A stretch of 64,000 bases of DNA from Octopus bimaculoides (Eukaryota), in assembly GCF_001194135.2 (NCBI RefSeq), contig NC_068993.1, positions 478,236 through 542,235 of the forward strand, given 5' to 3'. Under the pieces are notes generated by a model. The model did not search any database. It saw only the letters and a program-made list of their open reading frames with translations, and had not been told where the DNA came from. Numbering within the stretch: position 1 is the stretch's first letter; every line of letters starts with the position of its first letter. Below, piece after piece: positions 13,001-24,900 of the stretch. The translations under genes and the position numbers were made by a program.

Positions 13001-16000
13001 AAGAAATTCTACAATTTGTAGAAATAATGAAGGACAGAATGAAAAACATTTCTTCAAAGAATATTTTACATAGAACTGTACAAATACACCCTATAAAACT
13101 GTACAATTATTCATATAAAACTACAGTTATTCCATATAAAACTGTGCAGATATTCATATTAAACTCTAAGGTTATTCCATATAAAACTGTGCAGATATTC
13201 ATATTAAACTCTAAGGTTATTCCATATATTTGATATTAGATAAAACTACATCATTTTTTACAAATTCTATTTATAATGAGTTGACATGGAAGTCCCTATG
13301 TGGCTACTTGACTTGCTAGAAATAGCAGACAAGTCTTTAACTGCTGTCTTGAAAAAAAAAGTATGATAGTCCTTGATACACTATGTCACAAACAAAAGAC
13401 AAGATGGTCACGGATGGAACGTCTTCAATTACAGGTCAAAGTCAGTCGGCAGAGTTGCCCTAGGGGTAAATAACTTCTAGTTCTATTGAAATGGTAAATA
13501 TCAGAATATTTCTGACCACTCAGGTCATTTGACATAAAACAACAGTAGAAGGTAAGAACAGAATAAATGTTGTTAAAATGTGTGAAATAATTACTTACAC
13601 TGGAAAAAAACTCTTGGACTCTGCTCAGAATCTTTTGTAAATTTGCTGCCTGAAAAGTTAAACAGAAAATATTAACACAGGTATCAGCTGAGGTTAAAAA
13701 GTTTGCCTCACAACTTCACAGATTTGGGTGAATGTTTCTTGGGAGTGGAATTTGGCAGAAGCATAAAACAATACAAATCCTAAAGTAAAAACAATCCCTA
13801 ATTTAGCATAATTTACCTTATAAGTATTTTTCATGTAACTAGAATCCCACTCAAAGGTTTAACCTTTTTGACAATGTCTCCTTCTTTCTGATTAAAGGTT
13901 AGACATTCAGGAATGACATCAAACTGATAGGTCTTCCTTCGTTTTAATATTTATAAAAACCAGGGTGGTGCACCAGCAGAACTGTTGGTGCATTGGGCCA
14001 AATGCCTAGCAGCATTTCATCAAACGTTTGGTTACTGAGTTCAAATTCTGCCAAGGGTGATTTTGCCTTTCGTCCTTTCAGGGTCGATAAAATTAGTTGA
14101 ACACTGGGGTTGATGTAATCATCTTACTCCCACCCCTCATATTGCTGGCCTTGTGCCGAAATTTGAAATCAATATTTATATAAACCTGTAGTGTATATAG
14201 GATTATAATGGACCCTTCCACTGAGATTGATGTAGGAGCATCCAGTTGTTCAATCAACAGAACTCATTGAATTAACAACATGCAAAGTAGCTGAGTATCC
14301 CACAGACACATTTATTCTCAATGGAATCCCAGAGTAGAATCGGTGTGACAGTGTAACAAGGAGTAGCATTGAATTAGAGGGAGAGTCCATCTGACAGGCT
14401 TCTACACACTGCTTTGGACTGCCCCAAAGCTAGGGTAAAACACCATGCCTAAGTTGTCATGAAGTTGGATTGAACCTAGCATGGCTTGGTTGGGAAGCAA
14501 ACTTCTTAACTTGGCTACGCCTGCAAGCATTGTATGTGTGTGTGTGTGTGTGTACAGAGATAACTGTACAGCAGCAATTGTAGTAGTAGTAGTAGTGATG
14601 GTGACAGTAGTTGTATATAGTAGTGGTGGTAGTTGGAAGGGGTAGAAATAGTGATGGTGGTAGCGCAAGAAGTGGTGGTAAAAGAAGAAAGCTGAATGCA
14701 AAGTAAATAAAAAAAGAATAAAAAAGTGAAAAGTTACCCGTTGTTTTCTATTGTTTCCTGGATCCGAATACATGGACATCAGCCACTGGTCATGGAAGAA
14801 TTTGGGGTCACTAGGAGAGAAAAACAGAGAGAGAGAGAGAGAGAGGGAAACATTCAGATAACCTGGATGATTTAATCTATATATACATATATATATATAT
14901 ATATATACACATACAACACTAGTATAAACAGAAATCTTAATAATACTACCACGTTTATCAACACGTGTAATTCCAAAATATGTAGAGTAGTTTCTACACT
15001 TGTTGCCTCTGTGTGTGTGTGTGTGTGTGCGCGTGCGTGTGTGTGTGTGTGTGTGCATTCTACACGATTTGATCTTGGGAAGAAATTCACTAGCTTCATT
15101 ACTATTAAGTTTGGTCATGGGTGGCAAGTCTAAAATGTAAATTCATTAAAAAGTGAATGGGGCTGAAGGAAGAAAGCAGCGGGAAATAATTCTGTTTTGG
15201 AACAACTGTGAACTTGCTTCAGTCTTATGAAACCTCATCTGTGTTCCGAGCTGACTGAGAGACATGCTCTAACAAGCAGTCAACAGTCTCCCAAGATGAC
15301 TGGCAAAATGTTTGGTTCAGTCAGAAAATCCTCAAACTGACAGCTGGATATTATTTAAGGGACATATATAATAATTACACGGAGTCTTAACAATGAATTG
15401 GGCAGACAAATACACAATGAAACCTTCAGGACTTACACATATACGAGATAGTACCACTAGGTACCATACACACACACATTACTATATAGAATAGGGGAGG
15501 ACTTTAGCACCACTGGGCACTGTAGATATTGCACAGAGTAACCTCAGGTGAAACTGTCATCTATTCTGAGGGGGAGGACAAAATACACGGCAGTGGGAGT
15601 AGTGGGAGTAGCTTTTCTGATGTCCAAAGCTGCTGAATCGGCACTCATGGGATGGAAACTGGTGAATGAGAGAATCATCACAGCCAGATTTTTATTCCAG
15701 AGTCATTAAACTAACAGTCATCCACGTGTATGCACCCACAACGGATGCAGAGGATGAGGTGAAAGACACCATCTGTGAACAGCTGCAAACTGTAGTCGAG
15801 AATGTGCACAAACAGGATGTGGTTATAATGGCTGGAGATATGAATGCCAAGGTTGGAGCCAATAATAAGGAGAATGAGAGAATAATGGGTAAACATGGAA
15901 TAGGAATCATCAACAGAGATGGCGAAAGGCTCCTAGAATTCTGCAGGATGAATGATCTCATCTTTACTGGAACTATATTCCCACACAAGGACATTCACAA

Positions 16001-19000
16001 AAACACCTGGACCTCTCCAGATAAAAAAGAACAACAAATCAAATTGACCAGACACACTCATCAAATGTAAAAGACACCCGGGCCATGAGAAGTGCTGATG
16101 TTGCAAGGGATCATCAGCTTGTAAGGTCACAAGTGAAGTTCGAAACTTCGAAATGTTTGAATTTGCCCAAAATCTGACTTGCATCTGGTGTCATCTCACT
16201 CATATTGGGCATCAGTGTTCTGGGGTATGGCAAGGTCTTCAGTGGTCCAATCGGTTAGTGCTGTCTCCAGTTCCTGGGCCACAGCTGCTTTGGCCATCCT
16301 GTGGAGTATCTCACTAACGAGGGTGTAGCTGAAGGAGACTGAGGAGGAAAGACAGGCAAACAGAGCCAGGCCCAATGGGGAGCAGAGACCAAGGCCACCA
16401 AAGTGGACAGGCTGTTTAGCCTGTTGCCAGTTGGCACTGTCAAAACTAACATTGTAGATCAGCTCAGCACAGTGCCAGGGGGTGTTATCAATATCAACGA
16501 GGTAGTCTCTGAGAGGGTGACATGGTGCACTGCATAGCAAAGAAAAAAAAAAAAAGGGAGCTTGGGTAGCACAAAACATTTCCTCAAGAGGAAGAGCACA
16601 GGTGAATGTCAGTAAGGCACAAGCTGTCAGTCATCCTGGACAAGACCACAAGCTTGGTCTTCAGGAACTCCATTATGGCTTTCAGGAGAATTGGGGGAGC
16701 CAAGAATGCAGATGGCATCCTTTGGTGTCAGCTGAGCCCCTGTCAAGACAGACTGGGTGCTGAATAGGACATCCTGAAATTCAACCTCACCATAGCTCAC
16801 ATTTATCACCTCCAACTTGGACAGGATTGTCTCAAGCCTGAGAAGCTTTAGGGCTGGGATAACCTGCTGAAGATCCCGGAGTCGCATCATCCAGGTACTA
16901 GACATTGAAGGATGACTAGACTGACTAGCCAATATCAACAACAGACAATGTGAAAAGGAGCAGACCAACAGGACCACCATATGGGACACCTGGGAAAGAA
17001 GTGGTCCTGCTGTCAGCAGCTATGACTGAGCTGAGATGGATGTCAGTGGGTGTAATGAGGGGGTAGATCTTAGACATATCTTCAGGACAAGGTCATGCCT
17101 AATGCTGTTGAAGGCATTCCTGAAATCCCGCTTCAGTAGGAAGCAAGGTGATGAGGGAGATATGTGCTGTGTGTAGTGTCTGGCAGCATGGGCAGCAAAT
17201 AAACCTCATATCAGAATGGGAATCAAACAACAACAAAGACTTCCTATGATCAAATAAGCTTGTCAAGGTTAATTATTGGGGAGGATTAATTTAGCAAGTT
17301 GTTAATCAGATCAACAAAGGCTAAAACATTTTCATATATAATGACATTCTTCTTGTTAATTGATTAGTCTATCAGCAATTTGTTAATTAGAAGTGGATTT
17401 TGTTGTTGTTGGTTACTCCTTGTTCAGGTCTGATTGAACAAACTTAAGATCAAAGGTGGGATCCAACCATGACTTTCTCCCTATTTTATGAGGTCTGCAT
17501 GTAAGATAACATTATCTAATAAGTCCTTTCTTGTTTACAATAATGCCATGTGATTTGAAATAGATTTGACTGCTATTTCTAGTGACCACATACAGGCTCT
17601 ATGGTCTACTTTGTATATAATGTTGGCCATGATAACAAGATTGTATTTTAATATGTGTTGATGACAAAATACTAGGCTGTCTACCATTATTAGTTTAATT
17701 AATTACTGATGAACTAATCAGTGTATTTTGGATAATGGATTAACACATATCAGCAATGATGACTCGAATTTGTGGTTATGCTCTTTCGCACATCAAAATT
17801 GTTTGCTTTCCTTTAAACAGATGCTGGATTGGTAACGATTCTAGGCTCTAATTAAGTCAGAGCATACAACTGAAGCATGGTGTGCATATACCACCTTCTT
17901 TCAAAATGTCTTTCATAAAAATAAAACAGAATAATATTGAAATACGATTTTGTTGTATGCCTCCACATACATCCATGGTGGAAGTGGATTTATGAGAGGC
18001 AAACCACTTCCTAAACCCATTTCATCTCACAATTGGGTCCCCCACCATGCTGATGTCATCTCATATAGCTCCTAAGGTCTGCAAGGGTCTCACAAGTCAA
18101 CCCATCCACTCACAGGGCACAGCCAGGCCATCTGGACATTGGAATTTGTGATTCTGCAGGCTGACATCCATTCTCTCTCAGACAGTTATCATTACATCAT
18201 CATCACCATAAAAGTAAATTGAAATGACATAAAATAATTAATTATATCCAGTAATTATGGTTTCTAATATAGGACACAGGATCATAAACTGAATGAAAGG
18301 GATGGGCAAGTTGAATAAATTGACTCAGTACTTCACTGGTCATTTATTTTACTGACCCCAGAAGAATGAAAGTTAAAGTTGACCTCAAAGGGTGTACCAT
18401 AAGGCGTTTTCTCTGAAGTTGTAACAATTCTGCCATAATTACACGTGAACACATGACCATCTTTCATTAAACAATTTTAATTAGCACCAAGAAAACTATT
18501 GTAATTGTCATCGTTATTTTAGTATTTTCTCTATGCTAAGTGGAACTTACTGCACACGAGTGTCACTCAGCTGAGTGAATGGTGAAAACAAAAACAAAGA
18601 GTGGAACTTACATTTTATTTAAGATTTGCGACATGGCAATTCCCGTGCTTAATTCTTCCGTGTTGTGGTATGGAGCTTCAATATTGAACGTGTCAAGCTG
18701 AGGAGGAGACAAAATATTCAAGGATTAAAAAGAAAATAACAAAAATCTCCAAGGCATGCCGGCATGGGATGCAGGACGTAAAATGATGATGATGATGATA
18801 CACATCCATGTTTATGCAGACAATCAAGCTTGGCATAGTCTTCTGATTTGCCAGCACCTGTCAAACTGTCCAACCCATGCCAGTATGGTAAATGGATGTT
18901 AAATGATGACTGCGATCACACACACATTATTATCCTCAATTTATGCCAGTTGTTTCTTCTTCTTCTTCTTCTTCTTTCCATGCTGGCCTCCCCTGGTCTT

Positions 19001-21907
19001 TTCTAGTCACTCTGTCACGGTCCATATGTTATCCAGTTCACACAACAGCAACAACAGAGAGAAACATTCACACAAGCACATGTATAGAGCTCACCCTAAC
19101 AATGAATTTTGAACAGTTTATGTCCATCAAATTCATTCACAAGGTATTAATTGGTTCAGGGCTATAGTAGAAGACACTTAGACAAGGCGCTGTGCAGGGG
19201 GATCGAACCTGAAACCACAGGAGCCATGCCTGTCTGTTTACTCATCTCATTTTTCCCCCCTCTGCTGACATATCTACTGAGTTCTCCCAAAGGCACAAAA
19301 CGTCAACATTTTTTTTCAAGGAGAGAGGGCAGAGTCAATTAAAATTACTTTTGGTTCCTGACATATTTATTCAGACCTATATTGCATGGTGAGTTTTACA
19401 AGTGACTGTTCTTTGCTAGCACAAATGCTGTTCCCATCACAAAGCACTCCATTGTTAGCTATTTATTCTTAAGCTAAATATAACAAACAATTGAAGGAAA
19501 CAATACAATTATTTGAATGTCATAACTATATGTCATAGTTATATGTACATAAACCTATGAAAGCCAGAAATTCCTCACGGGTAAAGACAGATTTAATAAC
19601 TCCTTCACCACACTGACTATTTCCAATTCCTACTTTTTAAAGTTTAAAATAGTTTTTCCTTGTAATGTAATCTCATACTAAAAAGATTAAAATGTCTGCA
19701 TCTTAAAAATGTCACATGACTTGGAAAAAAAAAAGAGATTATTTTAGAATGAAACTAATGTATATTTTACAAACAGAGATTTATAAAACATGAACTTTAA
19801 CCAGGTGTATCACCAAGTTGAGAATTTAAACATTTTTAAGGGGAGGTGTGAGAGGAGAAAAAAATTAAAATTTATGGGGGGAAAAAAAAACTAAAAAAAC
19901 ACAAACTATTTGATGACGTGTGCAAATGGTTACATTTCTCACAACTAGGAACAAACTGGACAATAAAAAACCATCACCATCATCATCATTATAATCTTAT
20001 ATCCAGATTTTAGCGACGAGAGAAGTTAGATAGATTATCAGTCCAAGTGAATTGTTATCCAGAGTCACAGTCCTCAGCCACAATTTAACCTCGATCCAGC
20101 AGACTTAGGACTGATCCTCTTCTGCACATAGTCATCGTTTTGTCTGTTTTTTTTTCAGACATAATATAAAATATATCCTTCATTTTATTTTTTAAAGCTA
20201 GTAATGTGTGATCTAAAAGAGATTCAGCTTGTGTTTCTAGCAGTTTATAGAGACAGCCTCCTCTATAAGTTCCTTGTTGATAGATTCATGGACTATATCT
20301 TGTATAAAGGACAAAATGCCAAAATTCTTCAAGGTTGTTAATACTAATAATAGATTATCAACAGATTAGTGCTGCCACAAACTGCTGCATTCATGACTAA
20401 GTGAAACATATGTTTAGTTAAACACACTTCAATGTCCAATAAAAGTGGGTCACTTTCAATTCTTTCCCCGCTTCTCAAAACCAGTTTTCGCTCTCAAATA
20501 ACAACGGCTGTTTCATTTACTTAAGGTTATTAATGTTTCTGGGAAATATAAATGAACATCACAACTTCTCAATTCATCCTCAATAACAAGGAGACATCTT
20601 CTAAGTGGTTGCTTGACTTCGTAAAAATAGCAACCAAATCCCCCTCAAACCACACCCTACTATCTTAATATAGGACATTTTGGATGATGTACTCCAAGAT
20701 ATACTATGTTAAAAAAAATGGAACAATCAAACTATGGAATGCCTGTGATCATTGTAAATCAACATAACCAGGGTAGATCATTGGGTTAAACGATAACATC
20801 TGAGTCTTATTTGTAAGAAATCATACTTAAATTTCATCTTCTAATCATCATCATCATCATCATCATCATTTAATGTCTGTTGTCCATGCTGGCATGGGTT
20901 GGACAGTTTGACCAGAGATGGCAAGCTGGGGAGATGCACCAGGCTTCAGTCTGATTTGGCATGGTTTCTATGGCTGGATGCCCTTCCTAATGCCAACCAT
21001 TTTACAGTGACACAGAATACCTATCACTTTCTATCTCTCTACAAGTAAATTAATGGATAGTTTTCGCTTCTCTCTCTCATAAATATTAATCTTTATAATT
21101 GATTATAAATATAGAAACAATAAAAAGAGTTGAAGAAACCAAGTGGGATTTCTGACATTTTAAAGAAAATCTGTTGGAACAGGAAAAACATTTTTCTTTT
21201 AAAAAAAAAAAAACTGTTTATTCTCTTTGATGATGGTCTTTGACCAAAACAATACAATCTTCATCTCCATCCAGCATAACAAATTTATTCCAATTTCTAA
21301 ACTTTGGTTCTAAAAATACAATTGTCCAAAAACAGTCTTAATGACAGATCTGTCTGGTGGATGAGGAGTGACTTGGGACAACAACACAATGGAGTGATCA
21401 TAGGTGTTTTTGGTGTGCTAGAGATGGTCCAGGGCTGAACAAGAGAGGATGGTCATGGCTCTCACACACTTGGTCTGGGTGGATTGGGGCTGACCTGGTG
21501 CTAAACAACAATGATAAGACAGAATGGTCATATCATAAATCTGTTTAGTAGATAGACCTGGCATTTGTCAACATAGACAAAATACACAGAACTTTTCCAA
21601 TTCCAAACTGTTACCATTGACGTTTAGTCTGATATCTGTGGGGAGAATGTCAGTATGGAAGCACAAAGGTTTGGGTAAATGGTCTCGTGTAAGGTTTATT
21701 AGAAGGACAGGAATTGTGGTAGTGGTGGTGGTAGTGGTGGTAAAGAGAAGATAGAGCATTTTAATGTACCAGTGGCTGTAATGTTGGTCAGTGAAGGTTT
21801 GCCTGAATATAACAGTGTGAATGAGAGAAAAGGAAAGAGAGAGAGAGATGACTGTACCAGTCTCTGTAGTGTGTTGGTCAGTGCTGATTTGTTTGTAAAT
21901 ATAACAG

Positions 21908-21954
<47 letters not shown>

Positions 21955-24900
21955 CACAGTGTTTGCGTAGTGTTATGTTGGTCAGTGAAGGTTTACCTAT
22001 TTTGGTGATGTGTAATAGCTTCACTGTCTCAGAGAAGTGGGTAAACATTCTAATGTAGGTTATACTTGTGGCTTACGAAGAGTAAATAACTCTTCACAGC
22101 TGAAGAACAACTTGACTTTTCAGATGCTCAACCGGATACAGATGTGTGTTTTCTTCTATTCAGTTTATTGTAATTTTCTGTCCCTTTAGCAAATAATTAT
22201 TTCTATGTTATTACTTTAACCAAGACATGGTAAAATTTCAAAATCTTGAATCTGTTCTAGTTGCAAACTTGTGAAGTTCTTGGATTGATTCCTCACCATT
22301 TAATGTCAGTCCAACCCATGCTGACATGGGTTGAATGGTTTGACAGGAGCTGGCAAGGTCGGAAGCTGCACCAGGCTCCAACTGTCTGTTTTGGCATGGT
22401 TTTTATAGTGGGATGTCCTTCTTGATGTCAACCACTTTATAGAGTGGACTGGGTGCTTTTTATGGGGCACAAGCACTGGTGAGGTCTGTCTTTTTTTTAA
22501 TTCTAAAATTAAAACAAAGTTCTTTACTGGACACTTCCCTCATTGGTTGTGAATTCAAAGAATAATGATAAAAGACAGACTAATAAGTCCTTCATCTTGT
22601 TTATTCCAAAGTTTGTGCTTTTAACTCTGGTTCTACTGATATATGGTATGACCAACATACTCAGCAGAGCTTGCAGTTCCAATTAGCCGAAAATTCTGTT
22701 AATCTTCATTTCTATGTCAATAAATGTAAATCACTGCCATCATGATAATACAACCAAACACTGATGTACCCCCTCCACCTACCCTTACACTCCTCTACCT
22801 CCTCCATATAAATATTTCTTTCTTTATTGCCCACAGGGGTCTAAACATAGAGGGGGCAAACAAGGACAGGCAAAGGGATTAAGTCAATTACATTAACCCC
22901 AGTGCATAACTGGTATTTATTTAATCGACCCCTAAAGGATGAAAGGCAAAGTCGACCTTGGCAGAATTTGAACTCAGAACGTAATGGCAGTCAAAATACT
23001 GCAAAGCATTTTGCCCAGCATTCTAACGATTCTGCTAGCTCGCCATCCTCCATATAAATTATTGATGTCTTACTATATGATAATGTTCTCATTAAGAATT
23101 CATGTTAATCCTGATCCTCGCCTAAAAAACAAAACAAAATACTAATCTTCTTCTTGCTGCTGCTGCTGCTGTTGTCTACCAGTTATACCTCCACACCCAT
23201 TTCTGATGGTTTAGGACAGCTTCCTCCTCCTCCTGATGGCCAATCCTGCTGAAACAAGCTTCTCTCTCTTCCTGAGGCAGGAATTGGACCATCATTTATT
23301 TATAACTTCAGCCTATGTTTTGCTCTAATTCTTCCATCATCACTGCAACAACAGCAACAACAGCAACAACAGCAACAATAACCAATCATGATAGAACAAC
23401 AGTCAAACGCAACCAGAGGGAGATTATTTAATGGCATTGCATGTGTGTGATCAAAGCCGTTGGCACAATGCCTCTATGCTATAATGATTCGGAAGAGCCA
23501 CTCTCAGAAATGATTTGTCCTTAATCTAACATTAAACCATAACATCACTTTAAAACAAAACCCAAACAAACAAGGTGCTGGCTTACTGTAAATGTCATTG
23601 TTGTTCTTAATGTTGTTGCTGTCATAGGAAGATGTGTTCTATGAGAAATAGAGAATTGAAGGGTTTAGAGATGGAATTATAATCTGCAGAGAAGAATGAC
23701 ACAAATACTATAATATCAGAGGTAAGATGATCAAAATAAGATTATATAAAACTAGCTTAAATAGCCAGACTCCATGCAGACTTTTAGCCTAGATTCATTA
23801 GTGGAGCTGGGCTAATTGGGCTTGTGGATCAAAACATGACTATAATGACTACATGCCCTGGTGGTGTTTGATCAGAGGTTAGAGGCAGATGAGAATTTAT
23901 TCTGGAGTGCAATCATTCCCAGTCCCTAAGTTGAATTACAACTGTAGGCCAGTTTGTCCCAAGGTTCTTATCTTGACGCAAAATTAATGAAATGAATGTC
24001 TCAGATTTTTTTCTTCAGGAAAAAGTTGAAAGAGAAATTGAAGAAACAGTAGAATTTTACAAAAAAGAATGGCTGCAACTATAAGAAATGCAAGATCTGG
24101 GAGCTTCTTATGTGAATAGGAAGTGGTAAAAGGGGGGGCTCTATATTCAAGGGCTATAGTAGAAGACCCGTTATGCAAAATGCTACACAATGAAACCAAA
24201 TGCAAGACCATATGTTTGGGAAGCAAGCCTCTTAACCACACACACATGGTAAGGCTACGATCAGAGTATTAAATCTATTTCACAAGGTTTCTACATACCC
24301 CACCCCCATCCTCCCTTGTTTTCAACAATGTTGCTACAGAAAGAGAGATTTGACATCTCAGTCCAGCACCAAACTGTGTCTCCTCCACATTGGGGCATGG
24401 CTGTGTGTGCGAAAGTAATTATAGTTATATAAGAATATATATNNNNNNNNNNNNNNNNNNNNNNNNNNNNNNNNNNNNNNNNNNNNNNNNNNNNNNNNNN
24501 NNNNNNNNNNNNNNNNNNNNNNNNNNNNNNNNNNNNNNNNNNNNNNNNNNNNNNNNNNNNNNNNNNNNNNNNNNNNNNNNNNNNNNNNNNNNNNNNNNNN
24601 NNNNNNNNNNNNNNNNNNNNNNNNNNNNNNNNNNNNNNNNNNNNNNNNNNNNNNNNNNNNNNNNNTCCTAACGCCAACCACTCAGAGAGTGTAGTGGGTG
24701 CTTTTACGTATATATATATATATATTATATATATATACAACTAAACACTGTAGGTAGGACCTCCCAACATGCTAATTGTGATGCTGGGGATGGTGGTGGT
24801 GGTGGAGTTGCTTAACCTATGGGGAATGTAAGAGTGATTTTAGGGAGCAAGAAATAATAATTTTACTTCAAAATCTAAAATCTAAACAAAAGTCCCTGGT

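Noticed and set aside
13126-13228. CRISPR-like repeat array
   Set aside because: Contiguous tandem units with no unique spacers, in a eukaryotic intron; it is a minisatellite
14402-15127. 241-aa minus-strand ORF
   Set aside because: Mostly SINE and microsatellite sequence; only the 73-nt HOOK exon 3 within it is coding
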